The position numbers were made by a program, and so were the translations under genes. A stretch of DNA of 63,977 nucleotides, the filler included, from Stramenopiles sp. TOSAG23-2 (taxonomy: Eukaryota): assembly GCA_900128395.1 (NCBI GenBank). It is 3 parts of 3 records of this genome, joined end to end, with 100 filler letters (N's around TTAATTAATTAA, not from the genome) between each part and the next. Parts side by side here need not be neighbours in the genome. Positions count along the whole stretch, not along the records: positions 22,548 to 44,932 come from LT649514.1; 2 more parts are not named here. The stretch is one strand, 5' to 3'. How positions within the stretch are numbered: the first letter of the stretch is position 1; every line of letters begins with the position of its first letter. The notes under the pieces are model-generated. The model saw only the letters and a program-made list of their open reading frames with translations. It was not told the DNA's origin and ran no database searches. Of the stretch, positions 23,124 to 35,653 are shown piece by piece.

Positions 23124-23894
23124 CGTATCAACTAAATATGCATATGATACTAAACGATTTTCAATATCTAAACCATTGCATAATTTTTTAATTTCATCTG
23201 CTTGAAAAATTGGAAAAAAAGTTGAATGCAAACTACTATCTATAGTTGATCGTAATGATTTACGTAACCAACCTTCAATTAATCTTGCACCCCAATTATC
23301 TGATGCACTGATTTCCACTAATTTAACACCTGGATTATCATATTTGAACACATTTCCCCATTCCTGTGCTTGTGTCCGTCCAAAGCTATTGAAGGATATT
23401 AAAACTAAATTAGTCGTTAAGCGAAGAATCGAGTTAAAATCACGTTTTGGTAATAATTCATCCAATGGTTGCACATTTCCTATATTTGGGAATTTTGTCG
23501 ATTCTAAAAAATCAATTAATGTTTCATTCGCTGGAAAAATTTTTCCACCTGATTGTCTTAATTCACGTATATCACCAATAAATCCAACACCACGTTTTAA
23601 TTCTTTTTTTAACAATTTTCTTTTATCATATTTTATGTTATCATCAAAGACAGTACCATCCATCCATTCATATTTATTTTTTATATTATCTTCATCATTA
23701 TTATCTTTTTGTTGTTGCTTTTGTTTTGCATTCTCCTCCTCCTTATACAATGTTGATGTGGTATGATAATTATAATTATAATAATATTTATTATTTATTT
23801 TTGTATTTGTTATTTCATTTATCGTGGCACCATGATGGTATTTTATAGATTTTTTTGTTATCCCTTTGATTAATTTATTCGTTATTGTCCACAT
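23022..23894 (-). CDS. ATP10: Mitochondrial ATP synthase assembly factor ATP10
   Basis: Basic transit-like N-terminus; GGKIFPA, NRLVSYAYLVDTHGFVRWKGTGKPTAEEL. Confidence 0.88.
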   Translation of the reverse strand: MWTITNKLIKGITKKSIKYHHGATINEITNTKINNKYYYNYNYHTTSTLYKEEENAKQKQQQKDNNDEDNIKNKYEWMDGTVFDDNIKYDKRKLLKKELKRGVGFIGDIRELRQSGGKIFPANETLIDFLESTKFPNIGNVQPLDELLPKRDFNSILRLTTNLVLISFNSFGRTQAQEWGNVFKYDNPGVKLVEISASDNWGARLIEGWLRKSLRSTIDSSLHSTFFPIFQADEIKKLCNGLDIENRLVSYAYLVDTHGFVRWKGTGKPTAEELDSLLRCGVDLINDAKK

Positions 23895-24071
23895 GATTAC
23901 TTTTTATTTTCTTCTTATTTACATATAATATATATATATATACCATGTTTGCTTTCTATATATTTGTTATCCCTTTGATTAATTTATTCGTTATTGTCCA
24001 CATGATTACTTTTTATTTTCTTCTTATTTACATATAATATATATATATATACCATGTTTGCTTTCTATATA
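23854..24071. repeat. 109-bp tandem duplication spanning the ATP10 start
   Basis: tttgttatccctttgat...gctttctatata occurs twice back to back. Confidence 0.9.
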
Positions 24072-24538
24072 ATCTTCCTCTTGTATAATTCTATTTTATT
24101 TTTTGTAAATATTGGAATAATATGGAAATTTAAATTGGTTGTTGTTGGAGAGATCTGGGAGATTAAGAAGTTAAAGTGAGCGGAGTGCCGAGAGGAGGGT
24201 GCGAGGGGCAAAAGCCTGGACAGCAAAATCAGAGAAAATCTCTAGAAAATTAAAATGTGGAAGTACATGACGTTAGTATATGTTTTGATAGGTCATGAAT
24301 AGCATTAACATAGCATTATAATTCGAAACCCTCACACCTATGTGGTGCGTGATCTAGTAGTGGGATCCCCACAACGAAGCGAGGAAAAACGAGATCCATA
24401 AAGTTTCTCTCAAAAACAATAACACTACTAACAATGGGAAAAAAGGCACGTGCAAAAAGCTAACTAAGATAATAAGAATGAATGAATACATCATTTTACT
24501 TGCATTCGTTGTAATAATAATAGATAGATCGATCAATG

Positions 24539-24668
24539 TATCGATAGACAAACGTAATTATACATCATTTCCATCGACTCATCATTAATAACATATAGGA
24601 ATTTATCGATAGACAAACGTAATTATACATCATTTCCATCGACTCATCATTAATAACATATAGGAATT
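24539..24668. repeat. 65-bp tandem duplication
   Basis: tatcgatagacaaacg...ataggaatt occurs twice. Confidence 0.9.
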
Positions 24669-24703
24669 ATACATACTATATAGTTTTTAAATCAAAAATC
24701 ATC

Positions 24704-25720
24704 ATGTCGGAGGATGGAAGTGGTGCTACAGCTATAACAGTTGTCGTCATCGTCATTGTTGTTGTATTGGCATATGTGTTTTACCGTTCTGTTCATATCA
24801 TTAAAGAAAGGCAAAATGTTGTGTTGGAGCTATGTGGAAAATACAGCGGAACACTTAATGCTGGTTTGCATTTTAGGTTATGGCCTTTATACAGACCAAA
24901 AACATATACGTGGAAATATTTCCTTACACAAGGAAACAACGTAGTGCCAGTACGTAAGATTAACCATCATATTATCTTAACTAAAAGTGAAGTTATGGAC
25001 TTTCCAAAACAAGATGTCATATCAAGGGATAATGCCCGTGTAACACTAGACGCTGTTATGGGTTATAGAATTAGTAACCCAAAGAAAATGATTTACAACT
25101 CGCAAAATTTACCGTACATGCTTGCTAAATTGTTACAAGCACAAGTACGCAATATAGCAGGGACATTGGATGTCGATAGTATTGTTGATGATACAACAGC
25201 ACTTAGTGGAATCCAACTTTCTTTAAATCAAATCTCACAACGTTGGGGTGTCACGATTGAAAAAGTTGGTATTCAAGGTGTTGAAGCAAGACAATTAAAA
25301 GATGTATTAGCAAAACGTAAACGAGCAGAATTGCGAAATAAGGAAATTATTATTCAAGCAAAAACCACAAAACAAACAACAATTGTCGATAGTGAAGGTA
25401 GGAGAGATAAAATGATTACAGAGGCAAGAGGTACATTGGATCAAAAAGTATCACGTGCACGTGGTGTAGCAGCAGCTATTGTGAATAAAGCAGGTGCTGA
25501 AGCAAAAAGTGTGAAAGAGATTGCAAATGCAGTTGTACAAGCTGGTGAAAATCCAACTGATTATTTATTAGCAGTGAAATATATTGATGTATTAAAAGAC
25601 ATCATGCAAATGCGCAATACAAGAATTAATTTGTTGCCAAAGAAAACCGCATTTTTAATTACTAGTCAAGCACTTGGTATGAATACTTTAATGCCAAAAG
25701 GTGGTGCAAGAAGGAATTAA
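24704..25720 (+). CDS. SPFH/Band 7 (stomatin-like) membrane protein
   Basis: N-terminal TM helix; GKYSGTLNAGLHF, FPKQDVISRDNARV, RWGVTIEKV; Ala/Glu-rich coiled coil. Confidence 0.9.
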   Translation: MSEDGSGATAITVVVIVIVVVLAYVFYRSVHIIKERQNVVLELCGKYSGTLNAGLHFRLWPLYRPKTYTWKYFLTQGNNVVPVRKINHHIILTKSEVMDFPKQDVISRDNARVTLDAVMGYRISNPKKMIYNSQNLPYMLAKLLQAQVRNIAGTLDVDSIVDDTTALSGIQLSLNQISQRWGVTIEKVGIQGVEARQLKDVLAKRKRAELRNKEIIIQAKTTKQTTIVDSEGRRDKMITEARGTLDQKVSRARGVAAAIVNKAGAEAKSVKEIANAVVQAGENPTDYLLAVKYIDVLKDIMQMRNTRINLLPKKTAFLITSQALGMNTLMPKGGARRN

Positions 25721-25922
25721 ATCTCGTCGACCTTTGATGATGGATCAAGATATCATATTTATAATATAAATATATACTCGTATTTATTAAATACTGACCG
25801 CCGCCGGATAGTTTTTTTTAGAGTCACAGCAGTGCATTTTATTAATTTAAGAGAGAGGAGAGTGTGTTTGGCACGAGATGTTCGGTGCGTGTTCGCGCGT
25901 TCTGTATAAGAGAGAGTAAATA

Positions 25923-26915
25923 TTAAAAAAATAGTTTTGTACGACACCATGGTGGTTTTAACATATAATAAATCCATCCATCACCAGGTATTGTTCCCCA
26001 ATCTTCAATTACACGTTGCAATTGAAATTTTTGTATAGATGGATTCGATGCGGCTAATACATTCATATATGCTTTTAAACCACGTCCACTTTCGACTGTT
26101 TCCCTATTAAAACGTATACATATTAAATCATCCTCTGTTGCTAATGTTTCAAATTCATAATCATCCCAATCAGCTTGTACTACCTTTGTTAATTCTTTTA
26201 GACATTCAGGCAATAAACTTCTAGCAGGTCTTTCAAATACACGTCCACGTCCAGATGGCATAAATGGACCTGATAATACTTTTGCATCTTCAATCCATTT
26301 TGCACGTAAGCGCTGATCTTTCGCACCATCGAAATCATCACCCATATATGGAAAACGATATTCCTTATTTTCAAAAACATCTTCATATTTCATTTTTTTA
26401 CTTTGTCCAGAGCATACAAAGTCTCTACCACCAATCTCTAAACGCTTTGCCTCGTCTTCTAACCGTTGCTTTGTTTTTAACTCATCTGCTAAACTATAAC
26501 GTGATGGCACGTAGTCAAATGTTGAAAACAAGCCATTTTTCGCTTTACCGCCACTACCATTCGGATCTTCGTCGGGAACTAAGACGACAGAACGCCTATT
26601 TGCATCGATTTTTGCTGCCATAGCACGGTTTGTTGCGGACGGACGTAAACGTGTTGGTAAATCACGTACCATAACAAAGGATGTGACACTAAATGCTTGA
26701 CGGATATATTCTTGTTCTCTATTACTATAATCAGGTAAAATTGCTGCAAAATTTGGCATTTGATGATGATGCAACGATGTACTAAAGTCTTTAAATTCTG
26801 ATGATTTAAATTCATCATAAGAAGAATCATTTGGACCACCATTGTTTCTTTTATTATTTTTTGCTATTGGTTGAAACCCTTCTAATATTTCCGAACCACC
26901 ACTATCTAGAGACAT
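25923..26915 (-). CDS. Hypothetical protein
   Basis: 330-aa ORF with typical codon usage and complex, non-repetitive sequence (GLFSTFDYVPSRY, KVLSGPFMPSG). No family recognised. Confidence 0.7.
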   Translation of the reverse strand: MSLDSGGSEILEGFQPIAKNNKRNNGGPNDSSYDEFKSSEFKDFSTSLHHHQMPNFAAILPDYSNREQEYIRQAFSVTSFVMVRDLPTRLRPSATNRAMAAKIDANRRSVVLVPDEDPNGSGGKAKNGLFSTFDYVPSRYSLADELKTKQRLEDEAKRLEIGGRDFVCSGQSKKMKYEDVFENKEYRFPYMGDDFDGAKDQRLRAKWIEDAKVLSGPFMPSGRGRVFERPARSLLPECLKELTKVVQADWDDYEFETLATEDDLICIRFNRETVESGRGLKAYMNVLAASNPSIQKFQLQRVIEDWGTIPGDGWIYYMLKPPWCRTKLFF

Positions 26916-27565
26916 TATTATTATTGATGGATGTTATATATATATATGTAGAATACGATATATTTCGTTTGTTTCTCTTTATTATATATTTGTAAAATAT
27001 TTCGCTCCCTTCTAGTATGACTGAATGTATTTCTACAATTTATAATACTCCGTACAATCTGTCCCACCACACCTTCTCTTACACACACACCATCTTATGT
27101 ATGAGTTTATAGTTTGTTATCGATATAAGTGTGTGTATAAATGTATAAGTCGAGTAAAACGTTATTAACGGGTTTGTTGTATTGGTATACTTAATAGAGT
27201 AACAATATCAATTAGGATCAATGATGGAATGTTTAAGGGAGATTAAATATATACTATTTATTATATAATTATGCATATAATAAAAACATGAGCAATTACT
27301 GAATAATTACCTTAAGTGGTTAGTTTTCATAAATGTAATTGACAACAGTGTGGTGGGTGAAAAAAAAACAGAAAACTAGTGAAGAAAAATATGAAGCTTG
27401 TATAAATGTATAAATGGACAGAGAGATGGATATATGGACAATGTACATGGGGCTTGCGTAATATTGTGTTGTATTGTTTGTAGATCAGATTATCACATTC
27501 ATAAAATTTAATCCTCCTTATTTTTATATAGAGAAAGTACTATATTAATATTGTGAGTGAATACA

Positions 27566-28685
27566 ATGACATCCATAATACGTAATAATAATAATAATAA
27601 TAATAATGATAATAAAATACCAATTATTGATATTGAACCATTAATTAATTTTAATAATAATAATAATAATAATAAAAACTATGTAATTAAACAAATACGT
27701 AATGCATGTTTACAGAATGGATTTTTTTATGTTAGTAATCATGGGGTAGATTTAAATTTAATTCAAGAATTAGAAAATTTAGCATTAAAATTCTTTGATC
27801 AATCTGTAGATATAAAAAGTAAAATACATATGAAACAATCTGGGTTACATTGGAAAGGGTTTTTTTGCATTAGGCGAAGAATTAACAAGTGGAAAACCAG
27901 ATAATAAAGAAGGTATTTATTTTGGTGAAGAATATTCATTAGAATCGGAACAAGTGATTAACAAAATGGCAATGCATGGTCCAAATCAATTTCCTGAACC
28001 ATATAATATATGGAAAACAACTGTTTTAAAATATATGGAAGAATTAACAACATTAGGACATATTATTATGAATGCAATTGCATTATCACTAGGATTACCA
28101 TCTGATTTTTTTGAAAAACAATTTTGTAAACCAAAACCATTTACACCATTTCGTATCTTTCGATATCCACAAGGATCAAATAATTTCGGTGTTGGTAGGC
28201 ATACTGATTATGGCGTATTAACTATTTTGAAACAAGATGATGTTGGTGGTTTACAAGTTGAAGATCCAATTACGAAAGAATGGATTGATGCACCACCTGT
28301 GAAAGATACATTTGTAGTTAATATAGGAGACATGTTGCAATTATGGACAAATGGATTATATAAAGCAACACCACATCGTGTTAAAGCATCATTAAATAAA
28401 GATAGAATTAGTATGCCATTTTTTTTTGATCCTGCATTTGAAACGAAAATATTAAGTGATGATATTACAAATGCAATGATGAAAGGCGATGGTGCTACAA
28501 ATATAAATACTACAAAAAGTACAAAAGTAAAATTAACAAATGCTAAAGGTGATGTTGAAAAAGAATTAACAACTGATAAAGTTGAAGCAATACGTTATGG
28601 TGATTATATAACACATAAAGTAGCAGCTGTCTTTCCTGAATTATTTGAAGATAGTTCAGGTGTTGATATGTTGAATAATTTGTGA
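27566..28685 (+). CDS. 2-oxoglutarate/Fe(II) dioxygenase (IPNS/DIOX family), split by a 1-nt frameshift
   Basis: IPIIDI, ACLQNGFFYVSNHGV, GRHTDYGVLTIL, NIGDML, ATPHRV, RISMPFF. Removing one T from the T7 run at 27860-27866 joins the two ORFs through GFFALGEELTSGKPDNKEG. Confidence 0.88.
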
Positions 28686-28789
28686 GGAGGTGTGAGGAGT
28701 GAGGAGAGAGGAGTGTGCGGGGTGAGGAGGTTTTGTATAAACACAGAGAGATTCTCTAATTGCAGATATAGCAGTAACATTAACAAAAT

Positions 28790-29194
28790 ATGGATGTAGA
28801 TAAAGTAGAAATAGTCGATCCAAAAGGGGAAGTAGTTAATGTTGATGATGATGGTGATACTCTTATGAATAATGATAATAATAATAATAATAATGTGGAG
28901 GAGGTTGATAATAAAGGTTTTCCTGGCTCGAGTGGAATAGCTGTTCCTAAAGAACAACGTATCACGAGCCGTTTTATGACAAAATATGAACGTGCTAGAA
29001 TATTAGGTACTCGTGCTTTGCAAATTAGTATGAATGCACCTGTTATGGTTGATTTAGAAGGTTTAACAGATCCATTAAAAATTGCTGAGAAAGAATTGGA
29101 AAAAGGAAAAATTCCATTGATTGTACGACGATATTTACCAGATGGTACATATGAAGATTGGCCAATTAACGATTTAACAATACAATTTAAATGA
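28790..29194 (+). CDS. RPB6: RNA polymerases I/II/III shared subunit RPB6
   Basis: [28 protein letters not shown]...[18 protein letters not shown]. Confidence 0.98.
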   Translation: MDVDKVEIVDPKGEVVNVDDDGDTLMNNDNNNNNNVEEVDNKGFPGSSGIAVPKEQRITSRFMTKYERARILGTRALQISMNAPVMVDLEGLTDPLKIAEKELEKGKIPLIVRRYLPDGTYEDWPINDLTIQFK

Positions 29195-29414
29195 ATAAAG
29201 TGTGTATGTAATAATAAATTATTTTTAGTATGTAATATATGAATTTGTATAATATATATTTCTCTGCGTGCCCACACTGCTGCTGTACAAATACACGTAC
29301 ATACGAACAAGAATTTTAAAAACAAATCTCTCTCACAGGTCCAAGTTAAAAAATGATTACATATTCTTCTTCTTGTGCACACACACTATATAAATACATG
29401 TATCATCGAGATAT

Positions 29415-29921
29415 TTAATTAGTTTTAACCTTTGCACTACCACAAAATAAATCAGAGAAAGCCAATACTAAAATAATAGCATTGACAATGTATGTTGATA
29501 CACATACAAGACAAATATCTTCCAATACGTATACCAAGATATAACCAAGCCATGCCGAACTTGCACATGATATGCAGGATGCTAGAAACATACCTAATTT
29601 GCTAATAGTTCCTGGGATAAACGTTAAATATGGTAAAATAAATGTGATACCATAAAATAATATGCCTAATACTGCGTTTGGTTGATCTAGATCACTACCT
29701 TCTTCTACGAAACCGAAATAGGACATCATTCTACCATATTTACTTGTAAATACTTTAGAGCATGAAACACCAATAGCTTCAATATCGCAGGCTGCTTTAT
29801 AACCAGGCATTTCCACTGCTTTATGTTCTACGTATAATGCATAAACTGATAATAACAAACCAAAAATAGCAGCGATTTGTTTACCATTTAATGCACAACA
29901 TTTTTTACCTTTCTTTGCCAT
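29415..29921 (-). CDS. VKORC1: Vitamin K epoxide reductase (VKORC1-like)
   Basis: LSVYALYVE, YKAACDI, SCSKVFTSKYG, QPNAVLG, active-site CLVC. Confidence 0.93.
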   Translation of the reverse strand: MAKKGKKCCALNGKQIAAIFGLLLSVYALYVEHKAVEMPGYKAACDIEAIGVSCSKVFTSKYGRMMSYFGFVEEGSDLDQPNAVLGILFYGITFILPYLTFIPGTISKLGMFLASCISCASSAWLGYILVYVLEDICLVCVSTYIVNAIILVLAFSDLFCGSAKVKTN

Positions 29922-30430
29922 ACTTCAAAATTACTTGTTTTATTTTTTTTCTCAATAGGTATATGTAAATATATATTTATTTAATTCAATATTGTTTCTT
30001 ACACAGCTTGATTGAATATGTATTATTATGTTTTTATTTTCAATATACATATATATATATGTACACACTCTCTTTTCTTAATACAATATATATATATATT
30101 TCTAATTTATTAGCTACATTTTTTGTGGTTGGTATGGTGGGTGCCTAACATCAGTGGGTGGCACGGTGCTATTTACATGCTAAATTTCACAGAATTATAT
30201 TCTTCTGTAATTTATTCAAAAAATGAATTAGAATAATATTTAAAAATATATTTATTTACTTTTTATATATATGAATTATTATACTATGGTGTCTCATCAT
30301 TTATTAAAATTACATCTCTTGTATGTGGTGAATGACAATATTTCTAGACGATTATTGTATTCAACTCTTCTTCTTTTAATTTAATTTATCCCCATCGCCA
30401 CCGCCGTCACCATTACATCAATTTACCATA

Positions 30431-31966
30431 TTATTGTTGCTGTTGAACTAACAAACTTAATCGTTCAACACATCCTTTTAATTTACCAATTTCCAATACC
30501 ATGACTAAACAACTTTCAATACCGAATGGACCCATACTTCGTGGCTCCGTATCTATCCCACTTGTACGTAATGGGCATGTATAACTCAATGTAGCACTAT
30601 CTCGCAATATTTCGTCCTCAAATTTAACATAATAAATTTGTTCATTTGTACCACTACCATCATTACTAATTTTTTGTTTCTTTTTACTACGTTTCTTTTT
30701 CTTTTTCTTTTTTTTCTTACTGCCGCTGCTACTGTTGCTATTTCCTCCTGTTATATACACCGTGCTAAATACAATTAAATAATCAAATGAAAGTTCTTTT
30801 CTTAATGAATCATTTAAACCACTAGTGTTCCCACTAGCCCATTCAATATCATCTAAAAACGAACGATGCATTGCCGGGGACAATTCAGATGGTAAATTTA
30901 CCAATCTTTCACTAATCAAAACCCCAACATTTTGTCTATTATTACTTAATATTTGATTCATTTTTTGTGCATTTGGACATGTACGCAATAAAAACTTTTG
31001 CATTTCTTTTGAAGATTGTTTAATATTTTTATTATTAATATTCAAAGCAGTAATAAATCCAGTAATTGCCTCGTCAACTTTAATGACAGTTCCTACTGCA
31101 ACTTGATCAATCACTGCGTTTGTAATTTCACTAACACCAAATGATGCCCATGCAGAATTGGAAATTAATTGGCGTGTCATGTGAAAACAGGATTCATTAA
31201 AATCGACAAAATCAAAATTAACATCAACAATCTGTATAATAAATATATATATATATATACATATGGATAATAAATACATGTTAGTAAAAGAACATAGTGT
31301 ATAAATATATATGTATGTACATGTGTGCGTGTGCATGTGTGTCTATAAAATACATACATTACCTGTACCTTCTGGATTTAAACTAATACCAGCGTCATCT
31401 TCTTCATCTTCAGAAGAGGATGAAGAGGATACAAGATGATCATCATTATTAGATAAATCAGAAGTACTACGATGTCGCTTTTCATTTTTATTTTTATTTC
31501 TTTTTTTCGATGATGATTTTGAGGAAGAAGAGGATGTAGAATTGCCAGAATATGAACGTATTGGTGGCGGCAATGTCGGGCCTATTACCACAATATTACT
31601 ATTGTGATTGCTACTATCCATAGATGTGTATTGCAAAGATCGTTTACCAAGGCTATTGCGGCTATTACCATGATTATTATTGTATTCCTCTGAATCATCA
31701 CTATCACTATTTTTATTTTTTTTACTATTACTATATGAAAAATCATCATCATCATCAGAATCACCAGGATATATCAAAGGTGAAGTATTTGAACGTTCCC
31801 TGGCAACTTGTTCTCCACCAACTCGCAGTAAATGTTCCCCTTCTCGTCTTAAGCTTTCTAATTCTTCTTTCGTATATTGTTTTTGATTATTACTTATGGG
31901 AGCATTATTATTATTATTACTATTATGTCCACGTACAATATTAAATGAAGATGATATGGAAGTCAT
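30431..31966 (-). CDS. BCP1: BCP1/BCCIP family protein, two exons (31966-31358, 31231-30431)
   Basis: IVDVNFDF, VGTVIKV, GFITALN, VGVLISERLVNLP, FDYL, YVKFEDE. A phase-0 intron joins the two listed ORFs. Confidence 0.85.
31232..31357 (-). other. 126-nt spliceosomal intron in BCP1
   Basis: Donor GTATGT at 31357, acceptor TACAG ending at 31232; splicing keeps the frame (GTGN|IVDV). Confidence 0.8.
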
Positions 31967-32380
31967 ATTGTTTTAATTATTTAATTTATTTTAAAGTATT
32001 TCTTTATTGATTTTTTTTCCCCCTTTATATTTATAATATATATATGTCTTATTTTATATATATATATATATATTGTATTAGTAAGATATACTATTATATA
32101 TACTCTCTATATATACATATGGTATATGTTAATGTATATACGACATTCTATAGATACTAGTTGTATTATTTCCAGATTGCATGCACTCCTGGCGGCACTA
32201 CTGTGCACTACTTATAATCTTCGATTTAAATTTTTTTTTTTTTTTTTTTCTATTTCTGAAGAATTTAAAAATCCTCTCTATACAGCTGGTGTGTCCATGT
32301 TAATTTTTATAACTACTCACTATTGATTTTGATCAAAAAAAGGTGTAATTTTAGGATCAACGTATCCAAAACGAATTTGT

Positions 32381-32689
32381 TTGGATATTACTGCAGCAAG
32401 AAATAATAGTAAAACAGCAGTCCTGGAAATGCGTAGAGACAACCAAGCATTTAATGATGAAGGTGGTTATGATGTAATTTTACTGCCTGATGGATCACGC
32501 TCTCGAGTATTCACAAGAAGAGACTTACGGTTGAACCGTGATGGTTCCATTAAAGTATTCAAAGGGAAAAAACGGACGAAGAAGGAAGGGAAGAAGGCAA
32601 AGAAGAAAACAAAGAACAAAATAGCAAAAGATAACAATCAAAAATCTATTACGAGTTTCTTTGCAATAAGTACTACTACTGCTTTCTAA
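32381..32689 (+). CDS. Possible small basic protein or terminal exon
   Basis: Coding-like composition with a Lys-rich tail and QKSITSFF (PIP-box-like). Start unclear; divergent from BCP1. Confidence 0.3.
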   Translation: MDITAARNNSKTAVLEMRRDNQAFNDEGGYDVILLPDGSRSRVFTRRDLRLNRDGSIKVFKGKKRTKKEGKKAKKKTKNKIAKDNNQKSITSFFAISTTTAF

Positions 32690-32909
32690 AAAGATTAAAA
32701 GTTAAGGAGAAGTCAGGAAATTGCATCTGTAGAGTGCAAATGATAAAAATATGTATCATATACGAAGTTCGTGCGTAGAAAAAAACATGCGAACCACGTT
32801 CGTAATTTAACGGTTCGTAATACGTATACAATTGTGTGTAACATGCTGTACAAAATGATTAAAAATATTTTGCTTTTTATTTTATTTTATACGAACCGTA
32901 TATTTTTAT

Positions 32910-34916
32910 TTACCCACGTCGATATTGTTTCAACTCATCTAATAAACCTTGCCTTTCCCTACATTGCCGATGTACAGTTGCTTCTAAATTACCAATTTCT
33001 TGATCTTTCTTACGGATTTTTTCAGATAATTTTATTAAATGTCTTTCCAACATTTCAAGCCCATCGCTAGTTTCTTTATCTTTGCTACCTTTCATATCTT
33101 CCATTTCTGCACGTAAACGTTCTATTTCCCATTGCTTTGATTTAATTTCTTTTATTGCATTTATTTTTTCAGCTTCAATTTGTTTAATATCGTTATTTTT
33201 CTCTTTAATTTGATTGTTTAATTGATGTACTTGTTCCATTAAAGCAATAAATCGATTTTTTTCATTTTCTAATTCTTGCATTAATTTTTTATTTTCAATA
33301 TCTAATTCATGCGCTTTACTTTGCGCTTTGATTTTATCTTTTTTACAAGTTTCAATTTCTTCTTTGAAATCTACTTTGACTTGTTCAATTTTATTATCAC
33401 AATCAATTTTTAATTTATCCATTTCCATCCGATGTTGATGTTTTAATCTTTCTATTTGTGATCTATACTCCGCCTTCGCTGCATCTAATTTTTCTTGCAT
33501 TTCTGTTGCTAATGATTTATCATTTTTATGTAAACTTTTGAAATTTTCATATTCATGTTGAATATTTTCTAATTGCAATACAGTTGCATTTAATTTTTCT
33601 GTCAACGTATCAATTTCTTTTGTATATTCAGCTTTTTTCACTTTACCATTTTCTTGCAATATTTTAATTTCATCATTTGCAGAAGTTAAAAATTTTTCTA
33701 AATTTTGTATAGTAGACTTGGACGTTGATTTTTCTAATAATAAATCATTTTTTAAACGTGTATTTTCCTTCATCAAATGTTTATTTTCATCTTTCATTTC
33801 ATTTAATGCGGTTTTTGCGTTTTGCAATTTTGTATTTAATAACGTTATTTGTTGATTTAATTCTTTTATTTGTGTTTCTTGTTGATTTACTTTTTTCTTC
33901 AAATCATTCATGTCATTTAATAGTTGATCATGTTTCTCATTGTGTGAATTACCTAATTGTTTTGCATTTTTCTCCATTTGCTTCAATTCATTTTTTAAAT
34001 CTTGAGAATTTTTAATTTCATTTTGTAATTGTTCTTTGATGTTTTTCATTTCGTTTTCATGATTAAATTTCATATTTTCTTCTATTTTTAAATGTTTATT
34101 TTCCACTTCTGTTGTCTTTGTTCGTAATTGTTCCTCTAGACGGCGCACATCTGATTTCCATTCTTCTTCTAATATTTCAATTTGTCCTTTCAATGTTTTG
34201 CGTAATTCATCACCTTTCTCCCTGGATTCAATTTCTTTCTTTAAACGAAGAGCCATAACTTGGACTTCGTTTAATGTACTTTGCATCAATAAGCCCATAT
34301 CTTTAATACTAGCACTTGCATCATTTCGTATACTTTTTAATGCATCTTTTTCACGTTTTAAAGCACCTTTTACTGCACTCAATGCTCTGCGTTGTTTTTC
34401 CATAAATAATTTTGCTTTATTTCCATTGAAACGTTGAACTTTACATTCTTCTTCTAACATTTCAATTTTTGCTGATAATGCGTTGGTACGAGCAATCCAT
34501 TCTTCTTCTAATATGGCCATTTGATTTTTTTGCGCAGTTTGATGCGTTTCATGCAATTGATCTAATTTTCGTTTCAACTTGTCAAAATCTTTCAATCGTT
34601 TTGAATATTGTTTTATCTTATTTTCTGAATCTTCTAACCTTTTTTCCAACTCTTTAATTTCACTAAATACTAAATATGATACCCCACAAAATTTACAAAC
34701 AGTATCTTGTCGTTCCATCTCTTGAACTTCCTTTGGCAATTCTTTCCTCGTCGGTCCATTATGCAATTCATCTCGTGTTGGATGTTTACTACTATTAACT
34801 GTTCTAGAAAAATGTTTCCCACCCGAACGACGTCGAACGACAGTCCTTGCACCTACACCTGGTGGTAAGTTATTCCCACCAGCATTGCTAGATGGTGGTT
34901 GTGGCTGTCTTTCCAT
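32910..34916 (-). CDS. LEKR1: LEKR1-like coiled-coil protein
   Basis: ELPKEVQEM...TVCKFCGVSYLVFSEIK and C-terminal LEATVHRQCRER match the LEKR1 signature as I recall it. Confidence 0.75.
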   Translation of the reverse strand: MERQPQPPSSNAGGNNLPPGVGARTVVRRRSGGKHFSRTVNSSKHPTRDELHNGPTRKELPKEVQEMERQDTVCKFCGVSYLVFSEIKELEKRLEDSENKIKQYSKRLKDFDKLKRKLDQLHETHQTAQKNQMAILEEEWIARTNALSAKIEMLEEECKVQRFNGNKAKLFMEKQRRALSAVKGALKREKDALKSIRNDASASIKDMGLLMQSTLNEVQVMALRLKKEIESREKGDELRKTLKGQIEILEEEWKSDVRRLEEQLRTKTTEVENKHLKIEENMKFNHENEMKNIKEQLQNEIKNSQDLKNELKQMEKNAKQLGNSHNEKHDQLLNDMNDLKKKVNQQETQIKELNQQITLLNTKLQNAKTALNEMKDENKHLMKENTRLKNDLLLEKSTSKSTIQNLEKFLTSANDEIKILQENGKVKKAEYTKEIDTLTEKLNATVLQLENIQHEYENFKSLHKNDKSLATEMQEKLDAAKAEYRSQIERLKHQHRMEMDKLKIDCDNKIEQVKVDFKEEIETCKKDKIKAQSKAHELDIENKKLMQELENEKNRFIALMEQVHQLNNQIKEKNNDIKQIEAEKINAIKEIKSKQWEIERLRAEMEDMKGSKDKETSDGLEMLERHLIKLSEKIRKKDQEIGNLEATVHRQCRERQGLLDELKQYRRG

Positions 34917-35653
34917 ATGTTTATTTTTTAATTTGTATCTATCTATCTATATATGTAATATATATATTTGTTTTCTAATATATATATATATGTATGTAGT
35001 ACTTGTTATAATTATATATAAATTAATTTTATTGCTCTGTGTCTATGTTTATACCTGGCTGGATATATATATATATATATTATACCAAGCGTTCTTGTAT
35101 ATTCTACTACTGTATAGATGATATGTGCATATATCTGGTCGTAATAGATATAGTAATTGTGTGGATATAATATATATGAAACGTTTTTTATTATTGCGTA
35201 CTTTTTATTGTATATTTGTATCCCTTAAAATAGAATATATACTGTATTAAAATGTAGAATTGATTTGTATCACGTGTGCTTATATTGACTAAACACACAT
35301 GACGTTGAATGTTGTTCCGATTATATTTAATGCTATTTCACCAGGCCATGACCAAGAGAATATGGATATTAATATCAATATCCCCTTAAAATGGACGATT
35401 ATTATTATTATTATTTACTCATTGATGGACCATAACTCATTTATACCTGGTAGTATATTATCGATAGAGAGTTGTAACTCTATGTCTAACGTTTTTTAAA
35501 ACTTCTTTTATGAATTTATATAAATATAAAAAATATGATAGAATAAATAATTACAAAATTAAATAATTTGTATATGATACTACAAATAAAACAACGAAAG
35601 AATATAATAAAAAACTTTAAACAAAGAAAATACAGACAAGCGAAGAGATACAT

